A stretch of 24,004 nt of DNA from Chthoniobacteraceae bacterium. GTDB lineage: Bacteria > Verrucomicrobiota > Verrucomicrobiia > Chthoniobacterales > Chthoniobacteraceae. Within the stretch, counting starts at the first letter, position 1; each line of letters starts with the position of its first letter. The stretch covers positions 1 through 24,004 of the forward strand of contig JANNWY010000062.1 in the NCBI GenBank assembly GCA_031409335.1, given 5' to 3'. The position numbers and the translations under genes are program-made. Of the stretch, positions 1 to 8,074 are shown piece after piece. The notes beneath the pieces were generated by a model. That model was not told the DNA's origin, ran no database searches, and saw nothing but the letters and a program-made list of their open reading frames with translations.

Positions 1-1
1 C

Positions 2-850
2 AAATTCGTGCAGCAGGCGCTCGACACCTACCTGCACAAGAACCGCGAGACCGCCGAAATCATCCGCAAGAAAATCGAGGAGAACGAGCACGAGCGGAAG
101 GAACTCGCCGGCATCCGCAACATCGCCAAGGAACGCGCGAAAAAAGCCTCGCTGCACAACAAGAAGCTGCGCGACTGCCGCCTCCATCTCGGCGACAAAA
201 ACCCGCGCGCCGAGGAGAGCACGCTTTTCATCGTCGAGGGCGACTCCGCCGCCGGCTCACTCACCGCCACGCGCGACGTGCAGACGCAGGCCGTCTTCGC
301 GCTGAAGGGCAAACCGCTCAACACCTACGGCCTCACGAAAAAGGTCATCTACGAAAACGAGGAGTTCCACCTTCTCCAGGCCGCACTGAACATCGAGGAC
401 GGACTCGACGGCCTACGCTACAACCAGATCGTCATCGCCACCGACGCCGACGTGGACGGCATGCACATCCGCCTGCTGCTGCTCTCGTTCTTCCTGCAAT
501 TCTTCCCCGACGTCATTCGCAACAACCACCTCTTCATCCTGCAAACGCCGCTCTTCCGCGTGCGCAACAAGAAGGTCACACGTTACTGCTACAGCGAGCA
601 GGAGAAACAGGCCGCCGTCGCCGCGCTCGGCGCCAGCCACGAAATCACGCGCTTCAAAGGCCTCGGCGAAATCTCCGCCGGCGAGTTCAAGGACTTCATC
701 GGCGAGAACATCCGCCTCGACCCGATTAACCTCCACCACCTCTACAGCTCCGACGAACTGCTCTCGTTTTTCATGGGAAAGAACACGCAGGAGCGGCAGG
801 AGTTCATCATCGAGAACCTGCGCGTGGAGAAGGATCTGATCGAGGTGTGA
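2..850 (+). CDS. parE: DNA topoisomerase IV subunit B (GyrB/ParE family), 5'-partial
   Basis: TOPRIM motifs [31 protein letters not shown] and ITRFKGLGE; short C-terminus; the frame is open from the window start; parC lies downstream. Confidence 0.93.
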   Translation, partial: KFVQQALDTYLHKNRETAEIIRKKIEENEHERKELAGIRNIAKERAKKASLHNKKLRDCRLHLGDKNPRAEESTLFIVEGDSAAGSLTATRDVQTQAVFALKGKPLNTYGLTKKVIYENEEFHLLQAALNIEDGLDGLRYNQIVIATDADVDGMHIRLLLLSFFLQFFPDVIRNNHLFILQTPLFRVRNKKVTRYCYSEQEKQAAVAALGASHEITRFKGLGEISAGEFKDFIGENIRLDPINLHHLYSSDELLSFFMGKNTQERQEFIIENLRVEKDLIEV

Positions 851-2528
851 CCAGTTTTATTCCGTCCCAAAGTTCGCCACGGTCGAGAGCGGCAAGCATC
901 TCGTCGTTGATGGCGAGAAACTCGGGGACGGGAACCATCCGATATGCTTTTACCGAAAAGACATCTTCGATTTCGCCAACTGACTCTGCGGCGCGACGTG
1001 CTTTACGCAGAGCATCTCGGGCCGCAACGAGGTCGCCGCTGCACGCGAATGCGATGTGCATTGCCTGCCACTGATTCGCTTGCATGGGCGAGGGCGCATC
1101 GCTCGAAGCACCGGCATGGCCAAAAAGCTCAGCGACTTGTTTCCACACATTCTCAACGATTTCTCGGGACGCACGCCGATGCGATTCGGCGGAGTTGAAG
1201 CCGTGGACAAGCATCATGGCCGGAGGCTCGCCATGCTCGATGGCATATTGCGTGCACTCGGAATAACACTTGCGAGCTTCCGCGTAGCGACCAAGCGCCA
1301 TGAGCGTGTGGCCGCGCTCGTGCTGGATACTGTAGCGACGTTCCGGCGAAAGAAGTTCAGGACGAGCAAGCAAGGCGTCAAACAGGGTGACAACGCGTTC
1401 CGGTTGATGTGTGCGGGTGTAATGGCTGGAAAGGAAGTTGAATGCGTCCTCGTATGCGGGATCGAGTTGGAAGGCTTTCTCAGCAAGCTCAACGGCCTTG
1501 GCGGTTTCGTTCCGCGCCACAGCAAAGCGAGCATGAAGGTAGATTGCCTCGGCTCGGTCGGCATAATCGCGTTCGAGAACGGCGCTTAGGCGTTCCAGTC
1601 GGATCGAATCGCCTTCAGAAATCGCCTCGTCGGATTGTTCAATCAGGAAGTCGAGGCCGGTGCGATTGAACTTTGTGATCTGCTCACACAGTCGTTCGTA
1701 ATCGCCGTTGATGGATTGTCTCGTTTGGCCGTCTTCGAGGACGAACAGCTTTTCGCTGAGGCTGGCAGGTGAGTAGTAGCGAATAGTCGAACTGATCTTC
1801 ACCCCGAGCAACTCGGCGGCGGCGTCCATTCGCTCGGTAAGTTGACTGCGCCTATCCTGCGCGCGTTTGTCGGTTGGGACACCGCGTTGGTCTGGTGGAA
1901 GGTTTGGAACCGGCGTTGCGACAAAGTGAATCTGGGGAATGCGATCCGGGTCGGCCTCGCGGATGCTTTGAGAGACGGTCGCGATCCCGCGGACATTCTG
2001 ATCGTTCAGACCGAAGAGCATCATCACCAAATCTGGGAACTGCGTGGTGCAGACGCCTCCGACCTCTGTGAGCCCGGTTCGCGAATCTACGAATACGTAA
2101 TCCGGCTGGAAATGGTGGTCGATGGCGGCTTTCCAGTTGGCGAAAAACGGCGCACCGAGGCCGCTTTCGTAAAGCTCCGCCCAGTTGATGTGTGCGAGTT
2201 GATGGTTGTAGGCAGCGTCTCTCCGGCCGGCGGGCATGACGCAGAGTTGGCCGCGTAAAGGGCCGGGCAATTCGCAGCGGTGAACGTAAGGCTGAATATC
2301 CGGCGCTGCCTTGTGGCGGAGGAATTCAGAGACGTATTCGACAACGCCAGACTTTGCCGCGGCTGGTGCGAATTCCGCGAAGCTGTCGAGGCCAGGTGCT
2401 TCGAGATCGAAATCAATCAGCAGCACACGACGTCCACGTTTGACGAGAAGTGCGGCGGTGTTGGCGAGAGCGAGCGACCGACCGACCCCTCCCTTGTAGG
2501 AATAGAAGGTGACCCAGAATGGCTTCAT
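807..2528 (-). CDS. ParA/MinD-like ATPase (KGGVGR-motif variant) fused to C-terminal TPR repeats, 573 aa
   Basis: N-terminal [12 protein letters not shown] (deviant Walker A with Arg for Lys), [11 protein letters not shown] and YVFVDSRTG (Walker B). TPR-like helices follow ([36 protein letters not shown]). ATGA overlap with the upstream gene. Confidence 0.88.
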   Translation of the reverse strand: MKPFWVTFYSYKGGVGRSLALANTAALLVKRGRRVLLIDFDLEAPGLDSFAEFAPAAAKSGVVEYVSEFLRHKAAPDIQPYVHRCELPGPLRGQLCVMPAGRRDAAYNHQLAHINWAELYESGLGAPFFANWKAAIDHHFQPDYVFVDSRTGLTEVGGVCTTQFPDLVMMLFGLNDQNVRGIATVSQSIREADPDRIPQIHFVATPVPNLPPDQRGVPTDKRAQDRRSQLTERMDAAAELLGVKISSTIRYYSPASLSEKLFVLEDGQTRQSINGDYERLCEQITKFNRTGLDFLIEQSDEAISEGDSIRLERLSAVLERDYADRAEAIYLHARFAVARNETAKAVELAEKAFQLDPAYEDAFNFLSSHYTRTHQPERVVTLFDALLARPELLSPERRYSIQHERGHTLMALGRYAEARKCYSECTQYAIEHGEPPAMMLVHGFNSAESHRRASREIVENVWKQVAELFGHAGASSDAPSPMQANQWQAMHIAFACSGDLVAARDALRKARRAAESVGEIEDVFSVKAYRMVPVPEFLAINDEMLAALDRGELWDGIKLVTPRSDPSPRAGSR

Positions 2529-3088
2529 GCTGCTTTGCCGAATAGGGCTTTTGCTGGGTTGAAACGAGGCGTCTCACGCATCGCTGGCGCGCTCCGCGCA
2601 GTCAGGTCGGGAAATGCCGCACAGAAGTCGAACTCGACGGTCGCCATCGCGAGCCGGTCGAGCCGGTTCTTCTTTTTCCACCCGCGCTCACGCAGCCACG
2701 CGAACGCCTCGGGAAACTCTGCGAGGGCACGCAGGTAGTAGCCCATTGAGCGGCTTGGAACTTGGTTGCCCTTTTCCCAGCGGTGATAGGTCTTGCCGCC
2801 GAGGCCGAGGATTTCACTCATTTCGGTCTGATCCACGCCGAGGTCTTCGCGGATCCGTTCGAGTTCTCGCGGCGTGAGTTGCTCGGTCTGCTCGGCGATG
2901 GCGGCGTCCACTGCCGCCGCGGCGTCCACCGACAGCAGGATCTCGTCGCAATGATCGCAGACCTCGACGAGCAGGTTTGGGACAACCACCTTCACGCCCC
3001 CGGAGGCGGTGACGGTGTAGTCGATGCGCTGCTCCCGGAACTGTCCTGCATCGCAGGCCGGGCAGAGATTGGCGGTTTCGGTTTTCAT
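2525..3088 (-). CDS. MqsA-family type II antitoxin (Zn-ribbon + XRE HTH) with ~54-aa C-terminal extension
   Basis: CPAC...CDHC zinc ribbon; LTPRELERIREDLGVDQTEMSEILGLGGKTYHRWEKGNQVPS is an XRE HTH in the MqsA arrangement. Confidence 0.9.
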   Translation of the reverse strand: MKTETANLCPACDAGQFREQRIDYTVTASGGVKVVVPNLLVEVCDHCDEILLSVDAAAAVDAAIAEQTEQLTPRELERIREDLGVDQTEMSEILGLGGKTYHRWEKGNQVPSRSMGYYLRALAEFPEAFAWLRERGWKKKNRLDRLAMATVEFDFCAAFPDLTARSAPAMRETPRFNPAKALFGKAA

Positions 3089-3092
3089 GGCT

Positions 3093-3482
3093 TCATTTGG
3101 GAAGTCTCGGCTTCCAGTTGTCGTGATTGTGAGCGTTGCAGAGGATGACGAGGGTTTGATTTCTCAGGCGAATCTCGACATAAACGTCTTCATCCTCGTC
3201 ATCGGAATCAGGGTCGAGACCGACGTTTGCGCTGAACAAAAGTGTGTCGGGTGGCGGGTTTTGAACTGGCTTGTGAAAAAGGCGGTAGCCGACTTCTAAG
3301 TGCGCCTGAATGGCCTTGACGAAAGCAACAGTGGTCATCTTCCAAGGTCCAACGACGTAGTTGTGCGCCCTGCCGGAAATCTTGTAATGTCGCTGTTCGA
3401 GTGCGGCCAAGATGGCGTCGATTTCTTCATCGGAAGCAGTCTTCGGTAAGTCTGACTCCGGTATGTATCGGCATGATTTCAT
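3093..3482 (-). CDS. Putative MqsR/RelE-fold toxin, 129 aa
   Basis: Lies 4 bp upstream of the MqsA-type gene (toxin-first order). YKISGRA and the C-terminal DVYVEIRL..LVILCNAH strand pattern recall MqsR/HigB/DUF4258 RNases. Similarity is weak, so the call is mostly contextual. Confidence 0.62.
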   Translation of the reverse strand: MKSCRYIPESDLPKTASDEEIDAILAALEQRHYKISGRAHNYVVGPWKMTTVAFVKAIQAHLEVGYRLFHKPVQNPPPDTLLFSANVGLDPDSDDEDEDVYVEIRLRNQTLVILCNAHNHDNWKPRLPK

Positions 3483-3499
3483 TTCCCGTCAACGGTAAA

Positions 3500-3569
3500 A
3501 GTGCCGAAAGGCACTCGTTGGCGCAAGTTATGAATTGCGAAATGATTACACGAGTGCTGAAAATCACTC
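3500..3569. promoter_or_regulatory. Two copies of a palindromic operator-like site upstream of the toxin gene
   Basis: AGTGCCGAAAGGCACTC (3500-3516) and AGTGCTGAAAATCACTC (3553-3569) match at 14/17 positions; each has AGTG-N8-CACT dyad symmetry; they are 53 bp apart. Confidence 0.6.
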
Positions 3570-3866
3570 ATGTGCCGACTCTCCCTTCCTCGATCTCTTT
3601 CTGTGTGACGTCCAAGAAGACGTGGCATTCGCAGCGCGGATGGCTTCGGCACGGATATCTGCGGAGATTTCCCGCAGGAGAATCGCGGTTTCACCTGGCG
3701 GCAACGCCCCTTCCGCCCCGCGCCGCCGAAAGGCAGCGTGCGCTTCGTAATGGGCGATGCGCGCAACTGCCAACGGCACACCGGGAGCCGCCAGCCCTTG
3801 GAATTGCGCAGAGTCGGCCTCCATCGCGTAGAGCTTCACGAGGGCCGACGTGTCCCATTGGCTCAT
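3564..3866 (-). pseudogene. vapC: 3'-truncated VapC (PIN domain) toxin
   Basis: Starts MSQWDTSALVKLYAMEADS (PIN D-T-S-A-L motif) 2 bp after the upstream gene's stop. Recognisable similarity ends near residue 78 and the C-terminal PIN acidic motifs are absent. Confidence 0.72.
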
Positions 3867-3868
3867 CG

Positions 3869-4150
3869 TCAGCAGCGATCTTCGCGGAGTTCGTCGAATA
3901 TCTGCTGAAGCGGCGGCCCCACCTTGCCCGTCGCGCCGCGTTCGCGGATTTTCTGCAATCTTTCCAGCCATGCACGATGGTCTGCCGCTGTTTCCGCACG
4001 CGCAGGCTCCGCCTCATCCACCACCACCTGCCCGCCCTCCGCTGCCATACGATAGCCCCGATGCGGCCCCGGATGCGGCCCCGGATGCGGCACCATCGAA
4101 GCCGGCGGGCGCAGCGCGCCCGTTTCGTCCGCTTCGAGAATTGTGCTCAT
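3869..4150 (-). CDS. Putative VapB-like antitoxin, 93 aa
   Basis: Small ORF directly upstream of vapC; AbrB-like N-terminus (ILEADETGALR); C-terminus LQQIFDELREDR is typical of VapC antitoxins. Confidence 0.65.
   Translation of the reverse strand: MSTILEADETGALRPPASMVPHPGPHPGPHRGYRMAAEGGQVVVDEAEPARAETAADHRAWLERLQKIRERGATGKVGPPLQQIFDELREDRC
4060..4091. repeat. 12-bp tandem repeat (GATGCGGCCCCG x2.7) inside the antitoxin
   Basis: Read directly; encodes PHPGPHPGPH on the minus strand. Confidence 0.85.
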
Positions 4151-4157
4151 GGCTCGG

Positions 4158-4187
4158 AACGTAGCATGCGAGACATGTGCGGCTCAA
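4158..4187 (-). promoter_or_regulatory. Candidate sigma70 promoter giving a leaderless antitoxin-vapC transcript
   Basis: Minus strand TTGAGC-N18-TACGTT with TGn before the -10; the ATG is 7 nt downstream; no Shine-Dalgarno. Confidence 0.4.
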
Positions 4188-4302
4188 GCGTTACATCCTC
4201 GCTGGCGGCAGCCGGTGTTCCTGCTCGACTCGCTTCGTGGCGGTCCATCCATTTCCCTCGACCGCGATGGCATGGCTGTGAAAAAAGTTCCGAACACGCT
4301 CA

Positions 4303-6486
4303 ATGCCAAAACGACCGAACCAGCCTGACGGAAAACCCTCGAAGAAACTGATCGCGAGCGATCAGCCGGAACTGCCTTTGGATACCGCACCCGCGCCTGC
4401 ATCCGATGAGCCGATTGCGGTGACTGCGGAGCCGAATGGGAATGGTGCAACCGATGCGCCTGCGGAGGTGCAGGCGGAGGCCGTGGCTCCGCGGCGCAAG
4501 GAGGGCGAGAAAGTGCAGGATGAGCAGGCGCCGCTGGCGCAGAGCTACCGCAATTGGTTCCTCGACTACGCGAGCTACGTCATCCTCGACCGCGCGGTGC
4601 CGCACATTGATGACGGATTGAAGCCGGTGCAGCGGCGCGTGCTGCATACGCTTTGGGACATGGACGACGGGCGCTTTCACAAGGTCGCGAATGTCGTCGG
4701 CGCGACGATGAAGCTGCATCCGCACGGCGACGCTTCCATCGGTGCGGCGCTGGTGTCCATCGGGCAGCGGGGGTGGCTCATCGAGCCGCAGGGGAATTAC
4801 GGCAACACGCTCACGGGCGACGATGCGGCGGCTCCGCGTTACATCGAGGCGCGGCTCACGGCGTTCGCGAAGGACGTGCTTTTCAATCCGAAGACGACGA
4901 CTTGGCAGCTCAGCTATGACGGGCGCAACAAGGAGCCGATCACGCTGCCGGCGAAGTTTCCCGTCGTGCTGCTGGAAGGCACGGACGGCATCGCAGTCGG
5001 GCTCTCGACGAAGATTCTGCCGCACAATTTCAACGACCTCTGCCGCGCGGCGATCAATCACTTGCAGGAGAAAAACTTTCGCATTCTCCCCGACTTTCAC
5101 ACCGGCGGCACCGCTGATTTTTCGGAATACAACGACGGCGAGCGCGGCGGAAAAGTAAAGGTCCGCGCGACGATCGAGGAGCGGTCGAAGTATCTGCTCG
5201 CGGTCACGGAGCTGCCCTTCAGCGTGACGACGACTTCGCTGATTGATTCGATCCTCGCGGCCAACGCGAAGGGGAAGATCAAGATCAAGCACGTCGATGA
5301 CAACACGGCGGACAAGGTCGAGATCCTCATTCATCTGCCAGCGGGCGCGGAGCCGAAGAAGGTAATCCAGCAGCTTTACGTTTTTACGAACTGCCAGGTG
5401 CAGCTCAATCCCTCCGCGTGCGTCATCGTGCGCGATCCGCAGACCGGCGACGACAAGCCGCGTTTCCTCGGCGTGCGCGACATTCTCAAAGCCAGCGTCG
5501 ATGCGACCAAGGCGCTGCTCAAACGCGAGCTCGAGATCAAGCTTGGCGAGCTGGAGCAGCAGTGGCATTGGGACTCGCTCGAACGCATTTTCATCGAGGA
5601 ACGCATCTACCGAAACATCGAGAAATCGAAGACGTGGGAGAGCGTGCTTGAAGAAATCCGCAAGGGTTTGAAGCCGTTTCTCGCGCAGCTCCGTCGCGAG
5701 GTCACCGACGAAGACATCGTCCGCCTCACCGAGATCCGCATCAAACGCATCTCCGCCTACAATCGCTTCCAGGCCGACGAGGCGATGAAGAAAATCGAGC
5801 AGGGCATCAAGGAGACGAAGGCGCTTCTCAAGACGCTCACCGCTTACACCGTCGCGTGGTTCGAGATGCTTCAGGCGAAGTATGGCAAGGGCCACAAACG
5901 CCGCACGAGCTACGACGAGATCGCGCAGATCGACGCGTCGCAAGTGGTGTCCGCGAACCAGCGCCTCTACGTGAATCGCCAGGACGGCTTCATCGGCCTG
6001 AACTGGCGGCAACACGAATTCATCACCGAATGCACCATCCTCGACAGCGTCCTCACCATCATGAAGGACGGCTCGCTCAAAGTCGCGAAGGTCGCCGACA
6101 AGGTCTTCATGGGTCGCGAGATCATCCACATCTCGATTTGGCCAAAGGACGGCGACACGAACTTCTACACGATGGTCTATCAGGACGGCGAAACTGGGAA
6201 GGCCTTCGCCAAGAAATTCCAGATCGGGGGCCTTTCGCGCGACAAGCTCTACCCGCTCGCGAAGAGCGAGAACTCGCGCATCATTTTCCTGCACATCGCT
6301 GCTTCGGAAAAAGAGATGCCGAAGACGCTCCGCGTATCACTCGATGGCCGCAGCGGAGCACGCGTGCGTGAGCTGGATTTCGAACTAGGGGCGGCTCCTG
6401 TCAGCTCCCGCACCTCGAAGGGCCTCACCATCACTAAGTGGGCGGTAAAGGAAGTGACTGTGCGAAGGGTGAAAGTGTCGCTATAG
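4303..6486 (+). CDS. parC: DNA topoisomerase IV subunit A (GyrA/ParC family), 727 aa
   Basis: FLDYASYVILDRAVPHIDDGLKPVQRR, HPHGDASI and the catalytic AAPRYIEARL; short CTD with no GyrA box seen; ~65-aa low-complexity N-terminal extension. Confidence 0.94.
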   Translation: MPKRPNQPDGKPSKKLIASDQPELPLDTAPAPASDEPIAVTAEPNGNGATDAPAEVQAEAVAPRRKEGEKVQDEQAPLAQSYRNWFLDYASYVILDRAVPHIDDGLKPVQRRVLHTLWDMDDGRFHKVANVVGATMKLHPHGDASIGAALVSIGQRGWLIEPQGNYGNTLTGDDAAAPRYIEARLTAFAKDVLFNPKTTTWQLSYDGRNKEPITLPAKFPVVLLEGTDGIAVGLSTKILPHNFNDLCRAAINHLQEKNFRILPDFHTGGTADFSEYNDGERGGKVKVRATIEERSKYLLAVTELPFSVTTTSLIDSILAANAKGKIKIKHVDDNTADKVEILIHLPAGAEPKKVIQQLYVFTNCQVQLNPSACVIVRDPQTGDDKPRFLGVRDILKASVDATKALLKRELEIKLGELEQQWHWDSLERIFIEERIYRNIEKSKTWESVLEEIRKGLKPFLAQLRREVTDEDIVRLTEIRIKRISAYNRFQADEAMKKIEQGIKETKALLKTLTAYTVAWFEMLQAKYGKGHKRRTSYDEIAQIDASQVVSANQRLYVNRQDGFIGLNWRQHEFITECTILDSVLTIMKDGSLKVAKVADKVFMGREIIHISIWPKDGDTNFYTMVYQDGETGKAFAKKFQIGGLSRDKLYPLAKSENSRIIFLHIAASEKEMPKTLRVSLDGRSGARVRELDFELGAAPVSSRTSKGLTITKWAVKEVTVRRVKVSL

Positions 6487-6495
6487 GAACTTCGC

Positions 6496-6832
6496 TCATG
6501 ACGCGGATGCGGGTGAATATTCGGTGTAGATAGGAAACGTATCCGCGGGAAGGCGGATGCCGGCGCGCTGGAACGATTGGGTCGGGTGGAGATTCGCGAC
6601 GACGGGAAATCGCTGAACCGATGAGGCATCGCTGCGGAGGAAGGCGTCCGAAATCTTCGTTGTGAATGTTGGCGGGATTGAGCGCGATGAACTCGCCGTC
6701 GCGATGCAGGAGCTGCGCGCAAAAGTCGCGAAATTCCCGCTGCGCGGAGGAAAGCCAACCGCCGTCGAAACGGTGGCCATTCACCCACGTCACCGGCTCC
6801 GACATCGACCAGCAATCGAAGATCGTCGTGCG
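6496..6832 (-). pseudogene. Degraded 3' fragment of an alpha-amylase (GH13)-family gene
   Basis: RTTIFDCWSM..WVNGHRFDGG.LS in one frame and QRFPVVANLHP in another recall the C-terminal part of Bacteroidota/Verrucomicrobiota GH13 proteins (RTTIFDYW). Frameshifted, with no 5' part. Confidence 0.6.
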
Positions 6833-6835
6833 CAC

Positions 6836-7014
6836 CCCGAACGCCACGTCGCAGAACTGCTCGTGCGCCTGGGCCTGGACCTGCCCACCCGCAGCCAAAT
6901 CGTGGAAGATCTGCCCGCTGCTGCATTGGAAAAGGTAGTGCAGAAAACCGCTGCATGAACAAGGTGGCTACTCAGATGGGTACGCCAGAACGGCCCGCAA
7001 ACTGTGGAACTTTG
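6836..7014 (+). mobile_element. Remnant of an IS1634-like element (transposase C-terminus and probable right end)
   Basis: PERHVAELLVRLGLDLPTRSQIV...VVQKTAA* (stop at 6958) resembles IS1634 transposase tails. It is followed by AACTGTGGAACTTTG, which resembles their terminal repeat (recalled, not searched). Confidence 0.55.
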
Positions 7015-7483
7015 AATAGCGTCGGTGATCATGGTGCCGTTGCGCGGGGTGAACGGAACACACTTGGACTACAACGCCACCAACCCCGCCACCAACCGTG
7101 CCCCCGTTACGCGTTGGGAATCAGCTACCACACGGCAACAGGAGTGACGGTCGCAGTTTAACAGCGCGCTCATTTGCAGCAACGCCACGTTACCCGGCTT
7201 CAACTTCCAGACCGGTGACCGCACCGAACGCAAGGTGATCAATGATGTGGAGATCACCACGCGCTGACCAAGCAGGGTTCGAATCGACACGAGCCTGCTC
7301 AATGTCAGCTATCTCCAGTTCATCAATCCGTCGGCCCGATGCGCACGATCACCGATCGCAATAGGTGCAGCCCGAAGGAGGAATGCCGCGTGGATAGATA
7401 CTTCCCGTCGTTATAAACCACGAATCCTACGCCTTACATCGTCACAGATTGTGACGACGGGCAGTATTACGAAGCCATCGCGG

Positions 7484-8065
7484 CTACGGCTGCCCACAGA
7501 ATTTGAACAGGAACAACTCCGTCGTGTTATCCGCGTAATAGAGCTTCAGCGCGCCGTCGCGGCCTTTGAGGTCGCGCGTCACGGCACAGCTCGCGCGGCG
7601 GCTGTGGATTTGGTGAACGCCGAGGTGATCCTGGGCGTAGAGTTCGCCCCAGGCTTCGGCGCGGACGGCTATTTTCGCTTTGGTCACGAGCAGCTCGACG
7701 AGTGGGTCGTGCTCGTAGAATTCGTAGGTGACGGGGAGCGCGGCCTCGATCATCGCGTAGTCCTGGCCGGGTTCTTCGACGAGTCCATTCTCCGGTTTTT
7801 CTTCCCAGGTGCCGGGGACGATGCCGACGCGGACGCGCGCGTCGAAACCGGCGTCGCGGTTGAAACGCGAGACGGTGTTGATGGATGCGCGCACTCTTCC
7901 AAACGGCGGGACTTCGAGCGTGATCCAGACGTGATCGACGCGCTCCGGATCTTCGGATTGCTCGACCTCGACGATGTAGGGCACGCCGGTGACGTGGACG
8001 AACTTTGCGGGCGTCGTGCGGATTTTTTCGAAGAGAAGGGTGCGGGAATCCGCGCGTCGGGCCAT
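7484..8065 (-). CDS. Hypothetical protein, possibly a distant DUF2278/YukJ homologue, 193 aa
   Basis: Host-like codon usage; 9 bp downstream of the speY-like gene; motifs HVWI..RASIN, GVHQIHS, DGALKLY and FLFKFCGQ. Confidence 0.75.
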   Translation of the reverse strand: MARRADSRTLLFEKIRTTPAKFVHVTGVPYIVEVEQSEDPERVDHVWITLEVPPFGRVRASINTVSRFNRDAGFDARVRVGIVPGTWEEKPENGLVEEPGQDYAMIEAALPVTYEFYEHDPLVELLVTKAKIAVRAEAWGELYAQDHLGVHQIHSRRASCAVTRDLKGRDGALKLYYADNTTELFLFKFCGQP

Positions 8066-8074
8066 GGGTGAAAG

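Noticed and set aside
807..2528. Plasmid or chromosome partition ParA, or cell-division MinD
   Set aside because: KGGVGR variant motif, TPR fusion, and no parB or minCE neighbours.
845..3609. GTGTGAC at the parE stop and at 3603 as a target-site duplication
   Set aside because: Only 7 bp, so plausible by chance; offset from the apparent vapC breakpoint; no recombinase nearby.
3401..4351. 316-aa plus-strand ORF
   Set aside because: Overlaps the antitoxin/vapC pair on the other strand; composition is not protein-like.
4300..6294. 664-aa minus-strand ORF
   Set aside because: Antisense shadow of parC, expected in high-GC DNA; no motifs.
6434..6962. Overlapping 90-237 aa ORFs as intact genes
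   Set aside because: Better explained as chimeras of amylase and transposase remnants.
7271..7300. GGTTCGAATC T-loop-like motif suggesting a tRNA or att site
   Set aside because: No pairing T-stem, acceptor stem or cloverleaf.
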